The notes beneath the pieces were generated by a model. That model made no database searches and was not told the origin of the DNA. It saw only the letters and a program-made list of their open reading frames with translations. Of a stretch of 64,000 nt of DNA, positions 1-11,643 are shown one piece after another. The position numbers were made by a program, and so were the translations under genes. The first letter of the stretch is position 1. Every line of letters begins with the position of its first letter. The DNA comes from Isurus oxyrinchus (lineage: Eukaryota): positions 496,001-560,000 of the forward strand of contig JANJGN010000385.1 in NCBI GenBank assembly GCA_026770705.1, in the 5' to 3' direction.

Positions 1-1283
1 GGAACTCGCTCCCACAGGGAGTGGTTGAGGTGAACAGTATCGATGTATTTAAGGGGCAGGAGGGTCGGTAACCAGAGGGACACAGATTGACGAACCGGAG
101 GGGGAGATGAGGAGAATTTGTTTTGACAGAGCGAGTTGTTGTGATCTGGAAGGTGCTGCCTGAAAGGGCAGTGGAAGCAGATTCAATAGGAACTTTCAAA
201 AGGGAAATTGGATAAACACTTGAAGGAAGAAGATGGGGGCAAAGTGGTGTGGTGGTTAGTGGATCTGATTGGATAGAACATTGAAAGACCTGGCACAGGC
301 TCAATGGGCTGAATGGCCTCCTCCTGTGCTGTACCATTCTCCGCTTCCATGATCTCTCCCCGAGTTAGTAACCACTCCAGATCCCTCTTGAAGGCAACAG
401 AGAGACAGCAACCACCACACCCACTGACAGCACATTCCCGAGGATCCCTACTCTCTGGGAAAAGATGAACTCTCCAACATCCAGCCTATTTTTGCTTCCT
501 GGAGAGTGTAAACCCTTCCCAGAGCGCGGATGAACCTTTCAATAAACTGTATTATCAAATCTACCATTTGATATATGTTAATTTTGATGACCTTACAGCA
601 TGTGTAGCAAATTGTGAAGTGAAGTTGGCTGAAAAGCTGGGAGGTGCAAGCTTAAGCACCACAGTGCCACCACTGGTGGGAGGATGTAAAGACAGTGTGA
701 CGTTTACATAGGATGCCCCCATTATAAACAGGGTCATTGGACATGATGGCAAAACTGAACACTGGAAAGGTGAGAAAAAGAAGTAAGCTCTTCACTAACA
801 GGAAATCCCTTCCTAAACTTCCTTATCTCTCCCTTTCTCTCAGATACACAAAAAATTTGACACAGGGCATGATAAGGAGGAGTTAGGGCAGGCAAGAGTT
901 CGGGATTAGGAAGCTTCTTAAAGGAGGAGAGAGAGACACGGAGAGGTGGGGAGTATCTGTTGGAATCTTTGTGCATGTGAGTTTCTGGAATAGACTTTGT
1001 AATTTGGATATTCTTCGATAAATATGAATGGGAACACATATCCCAGAATCCAGGAGAACTCTCCAGTGCAGTACTGAGGGAGGTCAGGTAACTCACAGGG
1101 AAGTGTGTACTACTGTGTTTGTGTGTGAGTGTGTCTTTCTGTGTGCTCATGAGTGTGGGATTGTGTGTGTGCATGCACTTTGGGTTTGTACATTTGTGAG
1201 TGCTTGTGTGTGTGTGTGCGTGGGAGAGCATCTGAGTATATGTGTTCGGAGATGAGAGAAATATTAAAGTCTGTGTAACTCAC

Positions 1284-1565
1284 ATTCCACAGTGATGGTT
1301 ATGAATCCCTCCACTGCTCCATGTTCATTCTCTGCCACACACTGATATTCTCCAGTATCCCTGGATGTAACGTGAGGAATCACCAACCACAGCTCATTGT
1401 TGGAACTTGTTCTGTTCATTGGGACATTAAGATGTCGCCACATCAGGTTAGAAGCTGGGGAGCTCTCGACAGAGCAGATTATCACTGCAGAATTCCACTC
1501 AATTATACTGATTGATGAAGCGTTAATCATATCTGGAGAAGTAATTGAGAGATTCCGTGGTGCGT
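1284..1565 (-). CDS. Siglec-like unit A, third Ig (I/C2-set) exon
   Basis: AG/GT-bounded 282-nt phase 1/1 exon reading YAPRNLSI...CSVESSPASNLMW...DTGEYQCVAENEHG...ITVE. The TM exon of this unit is expected just left of the window. Confidence 0.88.
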
Positions 1566-1704
1566 CTAAAAACAAATACAGATCAGTTAACTTAGACTGA
1601 CTGTGAAGCACTTTGAAAGACACTGAGAATGTGAAAGGTGTGATGTCAATGTAGGTTCTTTCACCACATAGCCCGTAATCCAGGCAGACACTTCAGTTCA
1701 GTAT

Positions 1705-2105
1705 TGAGGGCGTGCTGCACTGTCAGAGGGTCAGTACTGAGGGAGTGCTGCACTGTCAGAGAGTCAGTACTGAGGGAGTGCTGCACTGTCAGAGGGTCAG
1801 TACTGAGGGAGTGCTGCACTGTCAGAGAGTCAGTACTGAGGGAGTGCTGCACTGCCAGAGGTTCAGTACTGAGGAAGTGCTGCATTGTCAGAGGGTCAGT
1901 CCTGAGGGAGTGCTGCACTGTAGGAGGGACAGTACTGTGGGAGCACTGCACTGTAGGAGGGTTACTGCTGAGGTAAAACTGCACAGTCAGAGCGTCAGTT
2001 CTGATTGACCAGTGCAATGTTGGAGGAGCACTACTGAGGGATCATTACACTATTAGAGAGACAGTAATGAGGGAGTGCTGCACTGTAGAAGGGTCAGTGC
2101 TGAGG
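1705..2105. repeat. 33-bp minisatellite (SINE-derived)
   Basis: Unit agtactgagggagtgctgcactgtcagagggtc. Confidence 0.9.
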
Positions 2106-2369
2106 AGGCAAACACGCTGTTATGTGTGTACTATAGGCCTCCTGTGATAATGTGGAGTGCCAGGTACCTTTAAGAGAATACAAGTGGATAAACCATGTGA
2201 CAGTACTGACCAATCACTGGACAGTGTGGGCCACTGGTTAACTGTAAGTCTAGAGCTGGAGGTGGCTGTGGGAGCAGGCAAGGATTTAGTGCTCTGCCCT
2301 CTGTTACAATAAATAATCAGCTTGTTCTAATGTCGGTCTCTCTTGGTTATTGATAGCGAGCATCAGCTA

Positions 2370-2580
2370 AGAATAACTCAACAGGTCTGGCAGCATCGGG
2401 GGAGAAGAAAAGAGTTGATGTTTCGAGTCCTCATGACCCTTTGACAGAACTGAGGTCATGAGGACTCGAAACGTCAACACTTTTCTTCTCCGCCGATGCT
2501 GCCAGACCTGCTGAGTTTTTCCAGGTAATTCTGTTTTTGTTTTGGATTTCCAGCATCCGCAGTTTTTTTGTTTTTATCAA
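2370..2580. mobile_element. Palindromic short element (Penelope-tail-like)
   Basis: Long inverted repeat caggtctggcagcatc...gatgctgccagacctg; related copies at 21305-21520 and 47890-47985. Confidence 0.55.
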
Positions 2581-2659
2581 CTAACAAGTGTATATGAAGG
2601 AGTGCAATTCGAGTTTACTCAACCAGTGAACTCATAGACTCAAGATATAAAACCAACAA

Positions 2660-4365
2660 ACAGTCAGGGAGAGATGGACAATCCAACATGTGATCACATT
2701 TCAGAGATGTGTAAGAATAATAAAGCAGTAATACTCAGGGATTTTAACTACCCAAATATTAACTGGGACAGCTTTAGTGAGCAAGGTAGGGAGGGAGAAA
2801 AATTCTGAAGTTGCATCCAGGAGAAGATTTTTAGCCTGTGCATAGAAAGCTCAACAAGGGAGGGGACAGTTCTGGACCTAATATATGGAAAAGCGCCGGG
2901 GAAGGTGGAAAGCGTATCAGTAGGGGAGATAGTGACTGTAACTCAATTGGATTTAGGACAGTTATGGAGAAGGATAAGTTTGGGCTGGGAATAAAAATTC
3001 TAAACTGGGGAAAGGCTAATTTTACTAAGATGAGATATGATTTGGCCCAAGTGGACTGGGAGAAGCTCTTTGCAGATAAAACTGTGTCAGAGCAGTGGGA
3101 GGCATTCAAGGAGGGAATAGCGAGAGTACAGAGCAGATATCTTCCTGTAAAGACAAAGAGGGAGACCAAGTCTGGAGAACCCTGGAAGACAAGGAACATA
3201 AAGGTTTAGATTTAGAAAAAAGAGAAGCTTATGGCAGATACTGAGGGCTCAATACAGCAGAGTCCCTAGAGGAGTATAAATAGTGCAGATGGGAACTGAA
3301 AAAGTACATTAGGAAAGATAAGAGAGTGCATGAGAAAGCACTGGTGAGTAGAATAAAGCAAAACCCAGAGGGGTTTTTTAAATATGTAAAGAGCAGCAGA
3401 ATAATTCGGGAAAGAGTGGGGCTGATTAGGGACCATCGAGGTAATGTGTGTGTGGACCTGGAAGACGTGGGTACAGTCCTCAATGAATACTTTGCATCAG
3501 TCTTCACAATGGAAAAGGATGATGCAGGTATAACATCAGGGTGGAGGGCAGTGAAATATGAGAGGAAATTAACACAGAGAGAGGAGGTACTAGTGGGTTT
3601 AGCGACCTGAAAAGTGGATAAATCCACAAGCCCCGATGAGATGAATCCAAAGCTGTTGAGGGAGGAAAGGGAAGAGATATCAGGGGCCCTGGCAGTAATT
3701 TTCAAATCCTCTCTGGCCACAGGTGAGGTGCCAGAGGACTGGAGGATGGCTAATGTTGTCCCATTATTAAAAAAGGGAGGAAGGGATAGATCAGGAAATT
3801 ACAGGCCAGTCAGTCTAACCTCGGTGGTGGGGAAGTTACTAGTAAGAATTCTGAAGGACAGAATGAATCTGCACTGGGAGAGACAAGGATTAATCTGGGA
3901 TATTCAGCATGGATTTGTTAAGGGAAGGTCATGTTTGACAAACCTGATCAAATCTTTTGAGGAAGTCACCAGGAGTGTTGATGAGAGTAATGCCTTTGAT
4001 GTGGTCGACATGGGCTGAGGAAGGCTTTTGATAAGGTGCCTCTTGGCAGAGAGGCCAAGAAAGTAAGAGCCCATGGGATCCAAGGCAAAGTGGCACGTTG
4101 GATCCAATATTGGCTGAGGCAGGAAGCAGAGGGTGATGGTGGAGGGATGTTTCTGTGACTGGATGTCTGTTTCCAGTGGGGTTCCACAGGGCAAAGTGCT
4201 GGGGCACTTGCTGTTTGTGGTGTATATAAATGAATTGGACTTATATAAAGGGGAAATGATCACGACGCAAATGGAATTCAACCTGGAAAAATATGAGGTG
4301 ATGCACTTGGGGAGGGAGTTGCTGACCAGCATGGACATGATGGGCTAAATGGCCTCCTTCTGTCT
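2660..4365 (+). mobile_element. CR1 LINE ORF2 fragment (decayed)
   Basis: EDWRMANVVPLLKKG..NYRPVSLTSVVGKLL..QHGFVKGRSCLTNL..SGVPQG with stops and frameshifts, followed by a CR1 3' tail. Confidence 0.92.
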
Positions 4366-4559
4366 ATGTGTCTATGAGTCTATGAGTCCATGATGCACTA
4401 TCGGAGAGTCAGTAGTAAGGATGTACTGCCTGTCAGGGCTCACTTTTTACCAGTTAAATACCAATGGTTTGTTTATAAACAAAGTGCAGTATGTGGGAGC
4501 TTGCTGTGCACATTTGATACTATTCCAACTAATGTAGATTGAAGGGTGTTTGTACTTAC

Positions 4560-4856
4560 ATAGCACAGTCAGTACGAGGGTCCGCTTCGATGAAACAGAT
4601 GGATATCTCACTCTGCAGCTGAGATTGTGTCCGTGGTGTTTGAGTGATGGGATCAGGGTCAGAACAGAAGTATAGGTCAGAGTGACACCATGCTGAGTTA
4701 CAGTGTTTGAGACTGATCCAGGTACGTCAGTGGGAGTGTCCCAGGTTAAGACAGGTGCTGCTGTTCCATTGCACGTTGTGTTGAAGGTGCAGCTTACATC
4801 CACACGCTTTCCTGCAATAATTTCAGCAGGGAATATCGTGGGTTTATCTGTGAAAT
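4560..4856 (-). CDS. Siglec-like unit A, C2-set exon
   Basis: 297 nt reading DFTDKPTIFPAEIIAGKRVDVSCTFNTTCNG...W...SVLTLIP...LSCRV. The canonical acceptor reads TG here (AG in paralogs); an in-frame AG lies 9 nt downstream (exon start 4847). Confidence 0.85.
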
Positions 4857-6172
4857 CAAACACACAGAGAATGGATCCTTTTAGAGAAATATAACGTGAA
4901 GCATCAGTTCAAATAGAAACCACAGTCCCACACGAGAAAGCACTTTTAAAAGGAAGATATCAGAACTGAGAGGTTACAATGATCATTAAAGAATTGTCTA
5001 TTTTTACACTTGTTGAATCTCTGTCACTCAGATTAATACACTCTCACTCAGTGACCCTTGATTTGACCAGACTGGGTGAGGGTGGAGGAACAGCTCACAG
5101 CTCGGGGAGAACAGACTCAGCATTTGGAAAAGGATATGGAGACACTGGAGAGGGTGGTAAAAAGCTTCACAAGGATGATCTCCGCAATGTGAGGCTTTAC
5201 CTATCAGGAGAGGATGAACAGGCTGGGTCTCTGTTCTCTTGAACAGAGAAGGTTGAAGGGGTGACCTCATTTGACCTTTGAAGTAATGAAAGGTTTTGAT
5301 CGAGTAGACATGGAGAGAGTGTTTCCACTCCTCACAATGAACAAAACCAGAGGCTGACAATATAAGATCCTCACTAATAAATCCAATGGGGAATTCAGGA
5401 GAAACTTCTTTAACCAGAGAGTGGGGCGAATGTGTGCTTCAAGAATCACTTCATTGGCTGTGAATTGATTTAGGATCGTCCTGAGGTGTTGAAAGGCGCT
5501 ATGGAAATGCGAGACTTGCTTTTGTATTTTGAAAGCAGGTTTCCAAGGATGAGATGGGAACTGAGAGGTAACAACAATCAGCAGCAACTTTCCTATTTTC
5601 AAACTTGGTGGGGAATGTGTCACTGAGCTGAATACACTTTCACTCCCAGACCCTTGACTTGACAACACTGGGGTGTGGGTGATGGAGCAGCCCACAGCTC
5701 ATGGAACCCTGGCTCATCATTCTCTCAGAGATCTGGGTCACTGATCCCATTGCTCTCTGTGGGAGCTTCCTGTGTACAAACTCACTGCCACGTTAGACAG
5801 TGACTATACTTCAAGAATTTCTTCATTGTCTGTGAAATGATTTGAAGTTTGCTGAGGTGGTGTAAGGCGCTATAGGAATGCACATCCTTCTTTTGTCAAA
5901 TTGTTAGACATTTAAAAAGCATTAGGTAGACTGATGGGAGTGGATAACCTGATAACATTGATGGACACAGTCAATACATTTAATCATTGATATTAAAGTG
6001 AGTATTAGAGGTTGCTTTAGGACTGAACTGGAAGCTATCACCCAGTTATTGAGAATCAGACAGTGTGTTATAATAACCTGTGTTTTGTGTTAATATGTAA
6101 ACGTCACAGTTTGTGTTATTTCCCATTGAGTGTTGGATGTGAATTGGTGAGTAATTATAACACAGCACTTAA

Positions 6173-6541
6173 CAGAAACGTGAAGCTGGGTTACAGGGTA
6201 ATAGTTATGGCTCGGACCATTGTCAAATTCTATTCTGAAATAATAAGGTCCCGCATCTTCCCGTCTGATGTTGTTTATAATCAGGGAACAGTCGCCATCT
6301 TTCAGGTCTCCAGACAGCCGGGTCCGATGGTGGAACCGTGGTAACTCGTGACTGTGATCCTTGGAGTGAAAGGCAATGGGAGGCCAGGGAATCTGTTTCT
6401 CATTATTAAACCAGAGTCCGACTTGTCGTTTGTTTTCAAAATATGCTGGATAACTGTAGTGACACCGAATCTGTACACACGAACCTTCCTGCGCTGTCAC
6501 CTCTCGTGGAGTGTCACCTTTCCACTCTTGTGACAGTCCAA
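6173..6541 (-). CDS. Siglec-like unit A, V-set exon
   Basis: VGLSQEWKG...SCVQIRC...GDCSL...YYFRIE: Siglec Cys pattern, no F-strand Cys, essential Arg retained. The donor reads TTAAGT rather than GTAAGT. Confidence 0.88.
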
Positions 6542-7434
6542 CTGGGAAGAGAAATATCAATATTTAACCCTGGATCCTCATTGTCTAAGGAATCTCTTTG
6601 GATCCTCATTGTCTAAGGGATTATTTCTGATCCAAACCCCATATTGTTGTATTGTTGATTCCGATGCAGCATTGTAGACTGACTTGTCCCCAAGCTCAGC
6701 ACTGACCCTACTCCAGCAGACACTGTGAAACACACTAACAAAGTGCCTCTAGCCTGAGCTCTGAATGTGTCGAGAGAAAGACAAATATACAAACTGAATA
6801 TTGACACCTTTACACACGGACAGCTTTACCTTTCTTCTCTCTTTCAGTTATCTTGCTCCCTTATTGAAGTATCTAGCAAGGTGAGAATGGACAGGAAGTG
6901 TGACACTGAACAGCCTGTCTATTCTAGGAGCTGCTGTGTTGTCTTCATGGGAAATTCTGTCTAAAATCAGCAAAAGACACTAATTTCAGGCCATTGCTGT
7001 CAGAGTCCTAGCCACAAGATAGACTTCATCCCCTGAATTTTGTGTCCGATTTTCTACTCAAACATTCACCTCCGCACACACCCACCCCGACCCCACAAGT
7101 CACTCGCTGACCTACACTGGCTCCCAGTCCAGCAACACCTCGATGTGATTATTTTCACACTTGATTTCCAATCCCTCCATCACTCCGCTCCACTCCCTGT
7201 CTCTATAACCTCCTCCAAACCTACAACCCTCTGTGATCTCTGCACTCCTCCAATTCTGCTGTCAGACAGGGAGTCAGTGTATATCAGTGAGCACAGGGGT
7301 GATGGGTGAATGGGACTTGGTGTGAGTTTGTACACTGGATCACTGCTGAATCGGTTGCCTATCAGAGCTCAATAAGAATGATCTTTTACGAAGACTATTA
7401 ACCATAAATCTATCTGAGCTGACGATAATATTAC

Positions 7435-7474
7435 CTTGGAGAAGTGACAGGAGGCAGTAATATTTCCCGATCAT
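7435..7474 (-). CDS. Unit A leader (signal peptide) exon
   Basis: ATG..MIGKYYCLLSLLQ-G|GTAA, 40 nt, phase 1; joins the V exon as ...LLQVGLSQEW. Confidence 0.85.
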
Positions 7475-7923
7475 TGTCCACTCCCAGATATTTCAACAGC
7501 TTCTCACTCTCAAGCTGTGAAAGAGAAAGGAGTTAATGAGACCTCACCTCTTGTCCGACAGCTCTCGAGGGATCAGAACTGCTTTTAGACAATGTCTTCA
7601 CAGATTAATTTGATTCTCTGTGGGATGATAGGTGCTCTGCAGAGAGTTACAAGGCTTGAAAAAGAAAAACAATGAAGGACTTGCATTTCTATATCGCCTT
7701 TCACCTGCTCAGGACACCCCAAAGCTCATGTCCCTGCTCTTCCCTCATCTCTTGAGCTAGAAAGATGTTCTGTACAACAGACTTGAGTCTCACACCCAGA
7801 TCTCAATAATCAGTAGAAATCTTTCAAAGGCATCAATCATTGGAATCTGTCTTTATAAAGTCACAACATCAACAAAGGACGGTGTTGGTGGTGGAAGTGA
7901 ATTCCAATCGTTCCGTTACTTAC

Positions 7924-8065
7924 CCAGGACCTGTCCGACTGCTCGCCTGGGGAGGAACTGCCCACACGCTCTGCTTGGGCTGAATGACCTCTTCCTGTGC
8001 TGCTCCCTCTGTGTATTTAATTAGAAAGGGTTGATGTGTCTCTGTGAGACAAAATGGGGAAGTAG
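7924..8065 (-). promoter_or_regulatory. Unit A promoter / non-coding first exon
   Basis: PU.1/ETS-like AAAATGGGGAAGT at 8051-8063, ATTAAATA TATA-like element and strong donor CTGG|GTAAGT. The block is conserved in all four units. Confidence 0.55.
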
Positions 8066-8239
8066 CAAAGGAGTGAGTAAACAGGCAGTAGGAATGAGTG
8101 CTTCATACCACAAAGCGTTACAACATAATCACACTTTTGACCTATTTATTGTGATTCTGTGATGCTTCTCTTCTGTTGTTTGCTTTTTGGTAACGTCAGT
8201 TTTTTACCATGGCTCCGAGGGTTAATATTTAATTGTGCT

Positions 8240-10092
8240 GTTGCAGGGTAAATACTGAGCAAATGCGGCACCATCAGGGGGTCAGTACTGATGGGGTGCT
8301 GCTCTGTCGCAGGATCAGGTCTGAAGAAGTGCTGCTCTGTTGGAGGGTCAGCAGCAAAGGAGTTCTGCACTGTAGAGTATTGGTGAATTGTTCCTGAGGG
8401 CGTGCTGCACTGTCAGAGGGTCAGTACTGAGGGAGTGCTGCACTGTCAGAGGGTCGGTACTGAGGGAGTGCTGCACTGTCAGAGGGTCAGTACTGAGGGA
8501 GTGCTGCACTGTCAGAGGGTCAGTACTGAGGGAGTGCTGCACTGTCAGAGGGTCAGTACTGAGGGAGTGCTGCACTGTCAGAGGGTCAGTACTGAGGGAG
8601 TGCTGCACTGTCAGAGGGTCAGTACTGAGGGAGTGCTGCACTGTCAGAAGGTCAGTACTGAGGGAGTGCTGCACTGTCAGAAGGTCAGTACTGAGGGAGT
8701 GCTGCACATTCAGAGGGTCAGTACTGAGGGAGTGCTGCACTGTCGGAGGGTTAGCACTGAGGTAGTGCTGCACTGTCAGAGGGTCAGTACAGAGGGAATG
8801 CTGCACTGTCGGAGGCTCAGTACTGAGGTAGTGCTGCACTCTTGGAGGGACAGTTCTGAGGAGTGCTGCCCTGTCGGAGGGTCAGTACTGAGGGAATGCT
8901 GCACTGTCAGAGTCTTGTTCCTGAGGGAGTGCTGCACTGTCAGAGGGACAGTACTGAGGGAGTGCTGCACTGTCAGAGGGTCAGTACTGAGGGAGTGCTG
9001 CACATTCAGAGGGTCAGTGCTGAGGGAGTGCTGCACTGTCGGAGGGTAAGTACTGAGGTAGTGCTGCACTGTCAGAGGGTCAGTACAGAGGGAATGCTGC
9101 ACTGTCGGAGGCTCAGTACTGAGGTAGTGCTGCACTCTTGGAGGGACAGTTCTGAGGAGTGCTGCACTCTTGGAGGGACAGTTCTGAGGAGTGCTGCCCT
9201 GTCGGAGGGTCAGTACTGAGGGAGTGCTGCACTGTCAGAGTCTTGTTCCTGAGGGAGTGCTGCACTGTCAGAGGGACAGTACTGAGGGAGTGCTGCACTG
9301 TCAGAGGGTCAGTACTGAGGGAGTGCTGCGCTGTTGGAGGGTCAGAACTGAGGTAGTGCTGCACTGTCGGAGGGTTAGTACTGAGGTAGTGCTGCACTGT
9401 CATAGGGTCAGTACTGAGGGAGTGCTGCACTGTCGGAGGGTCAGTACTGAGGGAGTGCTGCACTCTTGGTGTGTCAGTACTGAGGGAGTGCTGCACTGTC
9501 AGAGGGTCAGTATTGAGGAAGTGCTGGACACTTGGTGTGTCAATACTGAGGTAGTGTCGCACTCTTGTATGGTCAGTACTGAGGGAGTGCTGCACTGTTG
9601 GAGGGTCAGTACTGAGGGAGTGCTGCACTGTCGGAGGGTCAGTACTGAGGGAGTGCTGCACTGTCGGAGGGTCAGTACTGAGGGAGTGCTGCACTGTCAG
9701 AGTCTTGTTCCTGAGGGAGTGCTGCACTGTCAGAGGGACAGTACTGAGGGAGTGCTGCACTGTCAGAGGGTCAGTACTGAGGGAGTGCTGCACATTCAGA
9801 GGGTCAGTACTGAGGGAGTGCTGTGCTGTCAGAGGGTCAGTACTGAGGGAGTGCTGCACTGTTGGAGGGTCAGAACTGAGGGAGTGCTGCACTGTCGGAG
9901 GGTCAGTACTGAGGTAGTGCTGCACTGTCGGAGGGTCAGTACTGAGGTAGTGCTGCACTGTCGGAGGGTCAGTATTGAGGAAGTGCTGGACACTTGGTGT
10001 GTCAATACTGAGGTAGTGTCGCGGTCTTGTATGGTCAGTACTGAGGGAGTGCTGCACTGTTGGAGGGTCAGTAGTGAAGGAGTGCTGCACTA
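8240..10092. repeat. 33-bp minisatellite, long array
   Basis: Roughly 50 copies of the same 33-mer; source of the spurious 11-aa-periodic ORFs. Confidence 0.95.
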
Positions 10093-10639
10093 TCTAAAGA
10101 ACATTGTACAAGTTTCACAAAATTGCATCGAATGCCTTTGTCTCACTAACTTCAAATTTAGAACAGGAATATTTCTCGCTGTTTCTGAGCAGCAAGGCAG
10201 CTTTGATATCACACCACCCAATGGCAGGAGTGCCTAACTACAATGTGACATGTTTACATGGGAAGTTTCCATTATAAAGATGGGCACAATAATTCACATG
10301 ATTGGAAAATCGTCACAACATGAAGTAATGTCTTTGAGCCAAGATTTTGCAGTAAAATGAGAAATTTTATGTGTAAATATCTACAGAACAGCCTGTGCAT
10401 TTTAATCACTTGTGTTAATCAATGTAATTTTATTCATAACACAAATGCTTCTTACAATCTATCGCAGCATGAAAAAGGTGCAGCATTCAGAAAGCACATT
10501 CCAATCAGAGAACAGAGTTTAGCAACGTCACATTTCTGTTCATTCCTATTCGACCATGTTGGCTGCACACAGCCAGACAATGCCGTGGTTATGATGTGTC
10601 CACACAGCAGGACTGGGGAGCACCAGGTATAAGGAAAAG

Positions 10640-11390
10640 TTTCAGCTTGCTGAGGAGAAGAAGGAGAATCTCTCGTTCCAGGTTTCTCTCCGTACATTAA
10701 GAAGCAGGCATGCCGATGTTTCATTGCACTCTGTCTGCTGATGGGAGTCCGCTTGGAAATTGCTGTTTGTGCTGATGGAAAGAATAAGCTTTTCATAAAT
10801 CGAGGGATTGAGTACAAACACAGGGAGGTTATGCTGAACATTTATAAAGCTCTGTTTAGGTGACAACTAGAGTATTGTGTCCAGTTCTGGTCTCCTCACT
10901 TTGGGAAGGAAGTGAGGGTCCTTGAGAGGGTGGGGAGGAGTTTGAGTAGAATGGGTCCAGGGATGAGGGATTTTAGCTACAAGGTTGGGTTGGAGAAGCT
11001 GGGGTTGTTCTCCTTGGAGCAAAGGAGATTGAGGGGGGATCTGATCGAGGTGTACAAGATGATGATGGGTTTAGATACGGTAGACAAAGAGAAGCTGTTG
11101 CCATTAGCTGATGGGACAAGGACTGGGGGACACAGATTGAAGGTTTTGGGCAGAGGGGGATGTGAGGAGGAACTTTTTTACACAGCGAGTGGTAATGAGC
11201 TGGAACTCGCTGCCTACGAGGATGGTGGAAGTGGAGACGAACGATTTCAAAAGGAAATTGGATGGATACTTGGAAATAAACTTGCAGAGATACGGGGATA
11301 GAGAGGGGGAATGGGACTGACTGGATTGCTCGACAGAGAGACAGCATGGACTCAATGGGCTGAATGGTCTCCCACTGTGCTGGAATGCCT
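10640..11390 (+). mobile_element. CR1 LINE 3' fragment
   Basis: LEKLGLFSLEQRRLRGDLIEVYKMM motif followed by a CR1 tail. Confidence 0.88.
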
Positions 11391-11503
11391 CTCTGATACG
11401 AAGGTGATTCTAACCAGGACACTGACCAGTTTCAGTACAACTTAACACAACATCACACGTTATTTGTCTGCACTGACTGACCAGATTGTTGCTGTACAAA
11501 GCT

Positions 11504-11643
11504 TCAAACAGTCTGTCGACTTCCTTTCACTGTTTGTCTCTCCCAGACACAGACTCCAGCGATAGTGATAACCACAGCCACAAGGAATATCACAGCTCGT
11601 ATTCCCAGGATCAGGATCACGTGCAGAATCTCTCCTCCACTGT
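11504..11643 (-). CDS. Unit B transmembrane/short-tail terminal exon (Arg in TM)
   Basis: Acceptor ttctctAG, phase 1: xSGGEILHVILILGIRAVIFLVAVVITIAGVCVWERQTVKGSRQTV*. AATAAA at 10434-10429. The ORF track shows only the wrong frame. Confidence 0.87.

Noticed and set aside
8240-10092. CRISPR-like array, or long Cys/His-rich ORFs (ECCTVRGSVLR, VQHSLSTDPLT)
   Set aside because: Head-to-tail 33-mers with no unique spacers in vertebrate DNA; the ORFs are by-products of a stop-poor unit whose length is divisible by 3.
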